A stretch of DNA of 63,819 nucleotides, the filler included, from Vannella sp. (taxonomy: Eukaryota): NCBI GenBank assembly GCA_023345925.1. It is 6 parts of 6 records of this genome, joined end to end, with 100 filler letters (N's around TTAATTAATTAA, not from the genome) between each part and the next. Parts side by side here need not be neighbours in the genome. Positions count along the whole stretch, not along the records: positions 26,324 to 37,844 come from JAJQQN010001387.1; positions 37,945 to 45,211 come from JAJQQN010000608.1; positions 45,312 to 60,127 come from JAJQQN010000172.1; 3 more parts are not named here. One strand, given 5' to 3'. Below are positions 32,108 to 45,492 of this stretch, one piece after another; position 1 is the first letter of the stretch, and every line of letters begins with the position of its first letter. Both the position numbers and the translations under genes were made by a program. Under the pieces are notes generated by a model that did no database searches, was not told where the DNA came from, and saw nothing but the letters and a program-made list of their open reading frames with translations.

Positions 32108-34252
32108 TTAATACAATTCCAATTGCTTCTTGGCTGCTTCAGAAATAGTGGATGGCTTGGAGAGAAGATTTTTCAGCTCCAAAGCGATTTTTCTTGCTTC
32201 TGCCAGAGACTCGTCGCTCTTAGAACTCTCTCCTTGGGTGGCATCGATGATGTCTTGAATTGGCCATCTTATGTGTGTTTGAAGGGCTTTCAGCTGGAGA
32301 ACCTGGTCATGGTACAGAAGAGTCGACAAACAGCGGAGCAGGTCAATCACAATCTTCACAGATTTCTCGAGTCCCTTTGGAGAGATGCAAATTGTTGGCA
32401 AATGGTACAAAGAGAACATCTTAACACAAATGTAGATCAACTGGAGCTTGGCAACAGGGGAGATAGGACAGTTTGAGGCTTGGGCAGGGTTACTTATCTT
32501 TGCTAGCATGACCATGATTTCAGCACAGAGAGCATGATGATCGATATACTTTGGGTCAGCAAAGTGAGTAATGCACTTATCAATGGCTTTGATAAGCGAG
32601 GGAGTGTACATGTGCAAGATGGGTATCATCACTTCGGAGTCCGCCAGATTCAAGATTAGCTTTGGGAAGATCTTCATGAACTTGGGGAAGAGATTCCCAT
32701 CAGGATGTAGATTAGAGAAGTGAGGTAGGACTGCTGCCATGATGTTGTGGGGGTCTGAAACAGTTAAGGAATGCTCCGCAAAGTAGTCTGAAACCTGAGG
32801 GATTCTCACTAGCAAGCGGGCTAAATCAACGGCAGCAAATACAATGTCCGTGTTGACACGAATCAATTTGATGAGAAGGGCACACCATTCTGAGACTGGT
32901 ACTTTGGCTTTGAATCCGCCTTCCTTGTGAACTTCAAAATTTGTGATGTAAGTGTCCATTCCTTCCAGACAGGCGAGTTCTTGATCAGAGAGAAGTTTCC
33001 CACATTTGACCTTGATGGTGTTGAACATGGGGTCAATCTCTTTTTTCACACCAGAATAGAACTTCCACCTTCCAATTGGAAAGGTCTCAAAGTGGTTATC
33101 TGGCCGGGGGAGAGGGAGTAAGGTTTCCACCCCACCCGTTGCCTTTAAATAAGCCAACGAGCGTTGTTCCTGAGTGGTATTCATCACTGTAATGTAGTTC
33201 TCCAACGGCTCCCGGTACGGGCTGATGTTGGGGAGCCCGTGGATACTCAAGAACATGTCAATTGTCTCATCCATTTCAACATAATCGCAGTTGATGGGGA
33301 CGAACTTGCCTTCCAAGAACACTTGCCCATAAAGGGGTTCCTTTGGTTCAAGTGGAGCGGGGGTTCGAACAATGTAGAGTTTCCCATTCAGCACAACAAT
33401 CTGATTCGCAGCCATTGGCTTGTACTGGGAGCTAGTTAGAGTGTCACTCTTCATGTGGTCGATATTTGCACCGTTTCGGAGCTGGTTTACTCTGAGGGGA
33501 GCGTCGCGAAGAGAGTTGGCAAGGATATGTTCGAGGTTGAAGCCTTCCACTCTTTCGTCTTGCCTATAGGCTACGGGAATGGATGGCCAGGTGATCAGAG
33601 CGTCTTCAATACCAACCAAAGGAACGAAGTGGTTCATGTTCTTGCTACTCCATACGATAGGGATGATGGGGAGGTCTCTCCACTCTTCGTAAGGGATTCT
33701 GGAAGGGATGAAGGTTGCAGACACACCGCCCTCACCAACTCCAAGGGCATTGACCCGTTCGTCTGAAGCATAAAGGACTATCACTCGCTTGGTCACGTTA
33801 GCAAGCGCGAAGAAATGCGCGTTCCCCAAGTAAGAGCCCTCTTGTTGTGCGCAAGCTCGGAGTTCCTCCCATTCCTTCTCCCATTCCTTCTCCTCCAGCG
33901 TAGGGTCTTTGCAAGCTTGCATGTACCACTCCTTGTTATCGATCAGTTCCCAAATCAGGGAGTTGCGCAAAGCCTTGTGGTAGTCCTCGACCCCCCAAAT
34001 AGCAAAGGAGACGGCCCGTACCAAGCAGTTTCCGTCACCTCCAACACGAATAGGAATAACACGAGAGGGAGACACCTCCTGAAGGACCCCAGGTAGTGTC
34101 CCAATCGCGTTTGAGTCAGCCACGAGCGACAAGTTGGTCACCTCTCTTGGATAGAAGAAAGTCGTGATGCAGCCCGCTGCAGGTAGCTCCTCTGGTTCAT
34201 CTCGATTGGGTGCACCCCAGTCCACCCCACTTGAGAAGAAGGATGGGAGCAT
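32108..34252 (-). CDS. OTU deubiquitinase (VCPIP1/A20-like) with PFU-like and PUL-like C-terminal region
   Basis: IPIRVGGDGNCLVRAVS, HFFALANVTKRVIVL, SATFIP, IVWSSKNMNHFVPLVG (OTU); FLSIHGLP..EPLENYI (PFU-like); VFAAVDLARLLV in a helical repeat region (PUL-like). Confidence 0.8.
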   Translation of the reverse strand: MLPSFFSSGVDWGAPNRDEPEELPAAGCITTFFYPREVTNLSLVADSNAIGTLPGVLQEVSPSRVIPIRVGGDGNCLVRAVSFAIWGVEDYHKALRNSLIWELIDNKEWYMQACKDPTLEEKEWEKEWEELRACAQQEGSYLGNAHFFALANVTKRVIVLYASDERVNALGVGEGGVSATFIPSRIPYEEWRDLPIIPIVWSSKNMNHFVPLVGIEDALITWPSIPVAYRQDERVEGFNLEHILANSLRDAPLRVNQLRNGANIDHMKSDTLTSSQYKPMAANQIVVLNGKLYIVRTPAPLEPKEPLYGQVFLEGKFVPINCDYVEMDETIDMFLSIHGLPNISPYREPLENYITVMNTTQEQRSLAYLKATGGVETLLPLPRPDNHFETFPIGRWKFYSGVKKEIDPMFNTIKVKCGKLLSDQELACLEGMDTYITNFEVHKEGGFKAKVPVSEWCALLIKLIRVNTDIVFAAVDLARLLVRIPQVSDYFAEHSLTVSDPHNIMAAVLPHFSNLHPDGNLFPKFMKIFPKLILNLADSEVMIPILHMYTPSLIKAIDKCITHFADPKYIDHHALCAEIMVMLAKISNPAQASNCPISPVAKLQLIYICVKMFSLYHLPTICISPKGLEKSVKIVIDLLRCLSTLLYHDQVLQLKALQTHIRWPIQDIIDATQGESSKSDESLAEARKIALELKNLLSKPSTISEAAKKQLELY

Positions 34253-34321
34253 GGCCGTGTGCGGGGAAAGGGAAATGAACTTTCAGAATGGGAGGGGAAG
34301 TGGTTCGGATTTAGTGGGTTC

Positions 34322-35543
34322 TTATGCTCTCTTGGTCTTCTGAGACTTGACAGCGGGAGTGCCAGGGCGGGGTGCTTGCTGGGGGCGCTTTGTGAGGTAG
34401 CGACCGACGAAGAACTGGCAGAAGAGGAACAAATAGGTGCCATACATGGCCACAGCAGCTCCAAGCATCCATGCAGGCTCATCAGAGAAGCATCTGCCCT
34501 TCAGTTAGTGGATGGACAACAGAAAGAGAGGGTCACCTACGGGGAACCAGCAATGTACCAAAGGTAGCTGTTGACGGCCACCACAAAGATACCAAAGACC
34601 ATCTGAGAGATCTGGATGATCGTAATGAAGAGAGCGACGAACTCTGGGGGGCGGAGTCCTGGCGGGGTGTCAGGAACCAACAAACGGGTCTGTCTCAGCG
34701 GATCTTGGGGCTCACCAATCTCAGAGAGGAAGTAGTAGAAGTACATGAAGGTATGCACAAAGGCATTGATAATCACGAAGTTGAAGCCCATAACGGTGTG
34801 GTAGTGCTGCAGTTGATCGGACATGAGCGACAGGAGCGCCTCTCACACGAGTTACCTACAGCAGCATACCAGCAGTACAAGAGGACAGAGGCGTGGTGGA
34901 ACCAGTGGAGGAATCCAACGTTCTTCTTCTACTCTGTGGTGTGAGTACGGTTGTAGGGTAGCGGGGAGTCAGCCATACCCGCAAGATAAGGAAGAGGGTG
35001 TCGATCAGCTCATAGAATTTGGAGATAATGAAGTAGTAAATCCAGAAGACAACGCTTCTGGGTCCACCAAAGTAGTCCTCCTCTAGAAGCAAGGTGAGGT
35101 TGATGACGATTGGCCAACGTGCTTCGTACCTGTGCCGCAGTAAGCTGTGTAGAGGCCAACCTATGGGAGAGAGCAATGAGAGGCGTTTTACAGGGTCCTA
35201 GGAGACTTACTCTCTCGATAAGGCGATAGACTGGGATGATGGTGCCCCAGAAGACAAAGAACGAGAAGATGGCAAGACCAAGGTTCCACAGAGCCACAAT
35301 AGGAGTGAGCTTGATAGGCTTCTTGAAGGCACCGGGTAATACGAGAAGACCAGTGAGATAGATGATAACAGCAGTGAGAGGGACCCAAGGGTGGCCCCAA
35401 TTGAGGATGATCTCCGGGTTGCGATTAGGATCCATTGCATGCTGGAACAACCATCTTCAGTACAACTGTCACTCCCAGTTCAGTTTACTTACGTAAATCG
35501 TGAAGCTGTCAAACCACTCCTCAATGGCCAGAAGCGCGTTCAT
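34322..35543 (-). CDS. Fatty acid elongase (ELO/GNS1/SUR4), multi-exon
   Basis: LWNLGLAIFS, ISKFYELIDTLFLIL, FLHWFHH, NAFVHTFMYFYY, ITIIQISQM, MYGTYLFLFCQFF. Confidence 0.93.
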
Positions 35544-35731
35544 GGGAGGCGAAGGAAAAAAAAGCTACTTAGCGCGACTGGAAGAGACCAGACCTTTGAA
35601 TCAATTGTGTTGTATTGTTTGGTTGGGCATGTGCAAATGGATGACGGGATTATTCCTTGTTGCAGCATAACGGAAATGGCCACCCATGATAGAAGAAAAG
35701 ATATTTTGAAGATATTTATCGAAGTGCAGGT

Positions 35732-37844
35732 ATGGGCGTGTTTGAGTACCTTTCATTCTCTTTCTTTGGGCGAATGTTCGGAGCTTCCACTCCCAATGCT
35801 TGGGAGGGGGTTTCGCTGTTGTCAGAAAGTGAAACGAAGGCTTATCAGTGGTTGAAAGCGTACCATTTCGATGGTGAGTGGAGGATGGGGCTTTAGTGTC
35901 TCACCTCTCGTTCAGCTGTCATGAGGGCCTTTCGAAGCCACTCAGAAGGTACCATGGTGGAAGTCATTCTTCATGTAGACACTGTGGAGTTGGCCAACTT
36001 CGATTGTAAGGGTTAGGAGGACAGATTCATTCTCATTACTGTATCAGTTAGTCTCTTCTCAGCGCTATCCCTGAACTACAATCGAGCTCTTCCAATCCTT
36101 CGAAGAGTTGTTTGGCAGTTAGGACGTGTGATCATTCCATCCCTTCCTGGCCCAGAAAGTGTCAATCTCTCCTTCACTTTTGACTGTGTCCCGAGCAGGT
36201 AGGATGGATAAGAGAGCATGTTTCTCCCGCATTGACACATCTTGAAGGGAGGCAATGTTTTCTGACGTTGCCAGTTGGAGGAGTTCGCCTAAGAAAGAAG
36301 GCCGAGTGATTCAAGTCGTAGGGACTATTGGAAGCTTGATGGAACCGGTGGATCATATGTAAGGGTCCGAAGAGATGAGGAGTGACGCTGAACAGGAGGC
36401 AGTGATTGCAAGTTCTACGGCTGCCGCTGCGGTTTCAAGTCATTTCCTGGTTCAAAGAGGTACCGATTTCCTCTCGGCCGTGCAGTTCTGAAACAGCTCT
36501 TTAGTCCGCAAAGAGAATGTGGCAAGTGCAACCGCATCTTGGAGATTGCAGACCACCTCACTGTGAGTAAGCGGACTCTCACTTTGGAGTTGGCGGACTG
36601 GGGTTGTTGCGTACCATCAAGAGTGTTTGTATCGGTTCCAGGTTAGACGTCTTGGAATCCCACTTTCTTGATCTATTCTTAATCTTTTCCAGAGAGACTA
36701 TTTGATCAGGTTGAGTTGGGAGAGGCTGTTTCAGTGATCGGAATCAATCTCTTACGGGAATGGAAGTCTGGTGGTCGTTTGAGGATGGATCCTTTCATCG
36801 AAGCTCTTTCGATCGAGAGACTCCCAAAACTGCCAGAGGCGAATCTTGTCAAGCAAGAAGAATCTAGCTCACTGTCTGGACTGCAGACATACGAGCAAAT
36901 AATGCACTGGTTGGGCCGTTAGTACTGAGAAAGCAGTCTTCCAACAAAAGCTAACTTTTGATCATCCAGCTTTTTACTCGATTGTCCCTTACCAATCTTT
37001 GCTTCTTCTTCTTTGGTGAGTTCTTTCAGTCGTTTGGAAGCTACTGATCTTTCTTAAAGTGGAGTATCTGGGATGCCTGGAATCGCCAATGGATTGCGAG
37101 TCCTCCTTCTCCACCAAGACGATCCGCATGAGTTGCGACTTCAGATGGGAATCCTGTCTCTGTTCCCCATGTAAGAACGCTTGGTTGTGCTAGAGATCAT
37201 TTGGATTTACTTACTCTTTGGCTATTAAGAGTGACTCACAGCAGTACGGCTCAATCACTCAATGGAGTGGCAGAACTGGTAGGTTCGTCCCGCAGGGAGA
37301 AGGTGTTCGGTGAGTTCGATCATGGATCTATTTTAAGCCTTCTTAACATTGGATTAAGGCGGAAGCTTCTTCTACAGCAGAGGAGGAGTCCTCTACGTTC
37401 CCACTGCCGACTCCAATTCTTGCAGAAGCGAGCTTTCAGGATGTAAGAAAAGTCATAACCATATTCGGTCTCACATTTTCGGTGGGCAGTTCTTCACAGC
37501 TCCAAAGCTGAAGCTGGCAAGGCTTATGAGAGGAACATCCGCTCCGCCGTGGTGGGGAGGGCCTATGTCGGGAGCTTGACCATGCCCCAGATCTACCGTG
37601 ACCAAAAGAAGAATCACTGCCCGATCTCTGATTACGAGATCGCGGCTCCTCCTAACGAGGTGGAGGTGGAGATAGATGAGCTCCTTTCCGAAGAGCCAAC
37701 GATTGCCTTCCTCCCTGAGCTAACCAAAGTAAGAATCCCGCTAAGACGTTCAAACTGAGTTGACGTGAGGGCGAAAGCACTTGGAATCCATCCGCGAAGC
37801 AAGACCTTGCTTCACAAACGAAGCCGAGGAGCTACTCCGGTACT
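35732..37844 (+). CDS. Divergent MCM-family protein with degenerate ATPase motifs (MCMDC2-like), many short exons, 3' end cut by linker
   Basis: Manual splicing yields, in MCM order: VDTVELANFD..ALPILRRVV; EGRVIQVVGTIGSL; CRCG...ECGKC (Zn finger); LFDQVELGEAVSVIGI...FIEALSIE (OB fold); GLRVLLLHQDD; GGSFFYSRGGVLYV; HLESIREARPCFTNEAEELLRY (lid). Confidence 0.65.
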
Positions 37845-37944
37845 NNNNNNNNNNNNNNNNNNNNNNNNNNNNNNNNNNNNNNNNNNNNTTAATTAATTAA
37901 NNNNNNNNNNNNNNNNNNNNNNNNNNNNNNNNNNNNNNNNNNNN
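37845..37944. other. Artificial contig linker
   Basis: N-run/TTAATTAATTAA/N-run. Confidence 0.98.
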
Positions 37945-38318
37945 GAACGCCCCATGGGTTGGTAAACAGGAATCTAAAAATCTGAGAACCACGCCTCTGA
38001 CCCGATCAATTCTAATTTTTATAACATTTTAAGAGATCAAAAATTCCTGTATAACCATGGGGCGAAAGGAATGGAGCGGAAAAGCCCACTTGGGGAGACA
38101 AATGAAGCACAGGATTGGAGACCTCCTTGACATCTGAAATGAAGTGATAAAGATCAGGGCAATCCTTTTGATCATTTTTAAAGGGAAAAGTGTCGAGACC
38201 AGCACTTCCCCGCGTGCGGGCGTCCTCTGCTTATGAGTCTCGCGAGAGGGCTCGAAAGAGATTGCAGCATCGAGAGGGAGCGGCCTTTTGCTTTCCGGAG
38301 GAGGCTCTGGCCCGCAAG

Positions 38319-40742
38319 ATGGACACGCTCCGACTCTCCTCGTCGGAAGGAGCTTCCCGGTCACATGATCAATCGCTGCTCAAAGGGGCCACTGTGAACT
38401 TGCTGAGTACCATGCGCAGATGCAACCCAGCGTATGCCTACGAGAGTCAGGCTAATCCAAGGCGAGTGTTGACGAAACCTTCGGAACCTTCCTACCAATC
38501 TCCCTACGACAACGTCAACCACGATCTCATCATACATGTCAACGATATCTTCTCTCCTGATTCACCTGCGTAAGTCTCTCTTCCCCCACTGCACGAAGGA
38601 ACTCACAAACAGAGAAGAAGTGGTCCTCGCTATCGCGTAGTCGACCTTTTGGGTCAAGGGACCTTCGGACAGGTGGTCAAATGTGTTCATTTAGGGACAG
38701 GAAGCTCCGTAGCTGTCAAAGTGATCAAGAACAAGCCTGCCTACTACAACCAAGGCCTTGTTGAGCTCAAGATCGTCCGGCAATTGAACCAGGACTTTGA
38801 CCCTGAGGATACAGGTCACATTGTCCGTCTTACTGACTTCTTCACGCATCATGGGCATCTCTGCTTGGTGTTTGAACTGCTCTCGATCAACCTTTATGAG
38901 CTGATCAAGATGAATCAGCACCGTGGCTTCTCTATGAACCTCCTCCGTATCTTCCTGAAGCAGATAGTCGAAGCACAGATGGTACTTGATCGTGCACAGA
39001 TCATTCACTGTGATCTGAAGCCTGAGAACATCTTACTGTGCGATCTTAGCTCCCCGCAGATCAAGTTGATCGATCTGGGCTCTGCTTGCTACGAAGGGCG
39101 AACAGTCTTCTCTTACATTCAATCAAGGTTCTATCGCTCTCCAGAGGTGATCCTGGGAGTGCCTTACACAGGCTCTATCGATGTATGGAGTATCGGCTGC
39201 ATTGCAGCAGAGCTCTTCTTCGGTCTGCCCCTCTTTCCTGGACATAGCGAGTGCAACCAACTCTCTCGTATTGTAGAAATGATGGGCCCTCCTCCAGATT
39301 GGATGCTTCAGCAGGGGAAGAACACACGCAAGTACTATACTACCAATGGACCTCCTCTCATCACCGGAGCCAAGGCCAGACACTATGCAACTCCCACGTA
39401 TTCTCTCAAGAGTGAAGATACTGTTGCCTATGAGGCAGGCCAACGTCCTCCCAGGCCAAGCACAACGAAAAAGTACTTTGGACAAGTTGGATTGGCCGAG
39501 AACATTCGCGTTTTCCCGCTGAAAGCGGATTTAACACCAGAGCAAGCTGCAAGGGAACATAGTAGTCGACAGTGTTTGTCCCATTTCCTTCTGGGACTGC
39601 TCCAAATGGATCCACTTCTTCGGTGGACACCAGAACAGGCCCTGGAGCATCCATTTATTACCGCTGCGCCTTTCCATCCGAGTTGGACTCCTTCAAAACC
39701 GCGACGTTCTATCTCGCGAGCTGTACCCGTCCGTCCACAAGGTTCTGGTCACGGGGGAAGCTATCAGGGGCATATGGGCATTGACAGTAGCTTCTCTCCC
39801 CGCTCTCATTTCCAATTCCAACTGGGTTCCTCGCCATCTACCAGCTTTTCCGCAATGGGTAGTGCTTCGAGCTTTATAGGACAGTCTCCTTCCACTGGTG
39901 GGCTAATGGGTCCTTGGTCTCCTTCTCAGACACACCAAAGCATGCCCAAAGACCGTTCATTCAGCCTCCCTACGCAGCAATACTACCCAGATTCAGGGAT
40001 ATCTGGATACGCGCCATTGGGGACACAATCTCTTTATCAAAAGCAGTATCCTGCCGCTTCTGAATCGAATGGGAGTCGGGGTAACTTCTTCCCGGTGTCT
40101 GGCAATGCCTACCCTCAAAAACAAGCGGCTCCAGGGACTCAATCCCAGAGCTATCGATCGCAAAGACAGTCTCAGTCGAGTAACTTGAACAGGTCAGGGA
40201 GTGGAATCCCGACAGCACCATTCTCCCCTTCCCGATCTCCCTTCAAGGGTGGGGTTGCACCTCCACCAGCTCCTGGTCAGACTCAAACTCGCTCAGGAAA
40301 GAAGTCTCACAAGAAGACGCCATCAACAGGGAACTATCAATCAGGTTACAGCCGGTCTTCTTACTCTTCCAATGCAGATCCTTCTGGTCTCACACTAAGT
40401 GGTGACGGCAGTGACAGCTTCTATGATGACATGTCACCCTCTCCTTCACCCAGACACTCTGACGGAGGGGAATTTGAAACGCCATTCTACTTTGAAGACG
40501 GAGAAGCCTCCCCTCAATCCCCCACCCCCAACTCCTCCGAGACTCCCTCCCAAGCTGCCTTCGGATCCCGCTACCGAGCTCAATACGAATCCCCAGGCTC
40601 ACCCTACACTGGAACGCACCCTCCTCGCACTCACCCTGAACCTCTCCCAGAATCCCGCCCCTTCGACCCAACCATCTTCCCCTTCCGGCCATCAGAAGAT
40701 CCCTCATGGCCCGGGAAAAGCCGCCGGTCTGGCCATGGCTAA
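38319..40742 (+). CDS. YAK1: YAK1/YakA dual-specificity (DYRK-family) kinase with long S/P/Q-rich tail; intron near 38570-38611; start uncertain
   Basis: NPRRVLTKPS..YDNVNHDLIIHVNDI (YAK-specific N-terminal block), GQGTFGQVVKC, IIHCDLKPENILL, FSYIQSRFYRSPEV. Confidence 0.92.
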
Positions 40743-40826
40743 ACAATTCCCAAAGCAAATAAAATTTCTAATTAAGTGGGCGTGCAAATTCAGCTAAATT
40801 ATTCATTTTGGTTTTGACCTGCTGGC

Positions 40827-43048
40827 ATGGGGAACGCCTCCTCTAAGAAGCGGGGGATATCGAAGAGGTTGTTGACACTGGAGGCGGCGGGTAGAACGGG
40901 CAGTGAGCCTCTTGAGGATGAGGACGAGGTGGAGATCGAGGCTGGCGTGAAGGAACCTCATTCGCTGGACGCACAGAAGGATGTTGGCTATCTCTTGGAC
41001 TGTAGTGAGACGGAGAGAGAGTGGCGGGATGCACATCCTGAAGAGAGTGAAGAGGAGTTCAAGAAAGAAGAGCCCGTAGACTCTGCTCAGCCCCTTCGCA
41101 TGTAGGCTCTTCCCATTCTCCTGTTCGCCCCTCACAAGGGCATTCCAGATGCAAACTGTGCGGAGAGAAGAAGACGCTAGACGACTTCTATGAGCTGGAG
41201 ACTTGTGGGCATGCGTTCTGCTTCCTTTGCCTCAAAGACTTCTTAGTGGATAACCTGGATGGTTGGCAAACTCGACTTTCTGTGCGCAGATGGACTGACA
41301 GGCCTTAGTTACTGTAGAGACAATGCCAACTTGCCCTCGAGGGCAATGCGAAGCTCCTATTTCCGTGGGTGATCTCCGGAAGGCTCTGGAAACGTTTAGA
41401 GCCGAGGCAGAAGCGGAGGCTCCTCCCTTCGAGTTGATGACTTCAGAGCAATTGCGCCAATCCACTATCCGTCAGACAGTGGGCACTCTTTCTGTGGGAC
41501 TCTCTGCGAGTCTGGAGCTGTTCATCGACCAGATGGACCATTTAGTCAAATGCCCTTCTTGCAAAGTTATCTTTGAGAAGGTTCCTGTCTCTGCTGATGA
41601 TCCTCGCCTCCAAGTTCTCACAGTAATGGATGAGCGGGGCCATTATGTAGAAGGTCCTGAGCTCTTGCATTACTTAGAGAATCGGTTCCGATGCCAAAAC
41701 TGCCAATCTGTATTCTGTTGTCAGTGCCATCTCATCCCTTACCATCTGAACTTCACATGTCGTACAGTATGTCCTTGTTATTGTGAAGGGAACCGTCTGA
41801 CTCTGTGGAACTTCAGTATCTCGAGTCCTTGTGTAAGACACATTGCCGCTATTGCGGGGACCCAATGCCCGTAGGTTCGGACAGCTTCAATGCAAAGAAG
41901 CAGGAACAAGGGGATACTTGGGTCAAAGCGTGGAAACGCCGACGAGCTAAGATTAGAGAGGACTCCTCCGCTCTGTTGAATCTTACTGACAAGGCCTCCA
42001 TCGACCGCTTTGTCGCAGACCGCCAAGCAATTCGCGAAGCAGCTGGCGAATTCTTTGTTTGTTCCGGGGCAGAGTGCATGTAAGTCACTATCGGATTCTG
42101 CCATTCAGTTGGACTGAACGAAAGAAAGGGAGCGTGCCAATATGGCATGTTGCGAGCAGGCCACTTGCGATAAGAAACACTTGTGTGGAGGTATTAAGGG
42201 AGAAGTAGAACATCTCCCTTGTCTAAAGGAAGAGTGTCGCCCCGCTGGACATACAACTGGAGAGGACTATTGCAATATTTGTTGGACTGAAGATCTTCAA
42301 AGCATGCCCTCTATATCCCTTGGGTGCGGCCATATCTTCCATTACCAATGCATCAAGCAAAGAGTCGATGGCGGCTTTCAAAGTAAGTTCAATGCACTGT
42401 ACCTAATGAGCCCTCACAATGAATGTCAAAGCTCCCTACATCAGCTTCAGCCACGCCAACTGCCCACTTTGTGATCAAAGGATAGGTCACCCTGCTATTC
42501 CTCTTAACGGGTTAGCACAAATGGAGAATGCCATGCGAGTGCAGGGAGGTCAGAGGCTCGCTGTGGAGGGAATGCTCGAAGATGCAGATCTTCAAGAAGG
42601 TGGAGAATACCATAACCGCAAAGAAGACTATGCTCTCCTCAAACTGGCATTCTATCAGTGTGCGCGATGCAAGAATCCTTACTACGGGGGAAGAAAGGCT
42701 TGCGACGCGGGAGACGCCAATGCTGCTCCAAGAGAAATTGACCTGGCCGAGCGGGTCTGTACTACATGTGCTGGGATCCAGTCTTCATGTCATGTTCATG
42801 GGGAAGAGTATGTCTCTTTCAAATGCCGCTTTTGCTGTTCGCCATCGACTTTCTTCTGCGGAGGAGCCGCCCATTTCTGTACTGCTTGCCACGATGTCGC
42901 TGGAGAACGGGTCAACTTTAATGATTGGAGTACCAAGTGGGAAGGTGTAGTCCCATGTCCGGGCCCTGAAGCATGTCCTTTCAACGCTATCCACGCTCCA
43001 AATGGGGAAGAAGCCTACTTGGGCTGCATCATGTGCGATGCTCGCTAA
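40827..43048 (+). CDS. E3 ubiquitin ligase: RING + IBR-like Zn fingers + MYCBP2/PHR-type RING-Cys-relay C-terminus, multi-exon
   Basis: CKLC..CGHAFCFLC..CPRGQC; RFRCQNCQSVFCCQCHLIPYHLNFTC; HLCGGIKGE..LPCL; DYCNICWTEDL..GCGHIFHYQC; FYQCARCKNPYYGGRKAC; CHVHGEEYVSFKCRFCCSPSTFFCGGAAHFCTACH; HAPNGEEAYLGCIMC. Confidence 0.88.
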
Positions 43049-43116
43049 TCGGCCTTTCCTTTGACCTTATGAATGAACGGGTTGCTCGTGTGGAAGAAGC
43101 AGTTTATTCTGATCGT

Positions 43117-45118
<2,002 letters not shown>

Positions 45119-45211
45119 GAAGACAAGAGGGCAATGGCCTAGCCGGTCCTCCAATCGGAAGCGTTCCCGAACCGAAGAAGATCCGGGAAGCTCGGGAAGC
45201 TTCCATTTCAT

Positions 45212-45311
45212 NNNNNNNNNNNNNNNNNNNNNNNNNNNNNNNNNNNNNNNNNNNNTTAATTAATTAANNNNNNNNNNNNNNNNNNNNNNNNNNNNNNNNN
45301 NNNNNNNNNNN
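45212..45311. other. Artificial contig linker
   Basis: N-run/TTAATTAATTAA/N-run. Confidence 0.98.
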
Positions 45312-45492
45312 AATGCTGGTTAGAAGGGCGTGTACATGGTGTCACGGGATTGATATCCCATTCCTGGGATAGCAGAGCGGCCAGGAATAGAGGCAGCAGA
45401 AGAGTTGTATGCAGAAGATACACTGCCACCGAAGGAGGAGACCTCCATGACACCCTCCCCGGCCGTGTTGTAACGTGTGTCAAGTTACAAGT

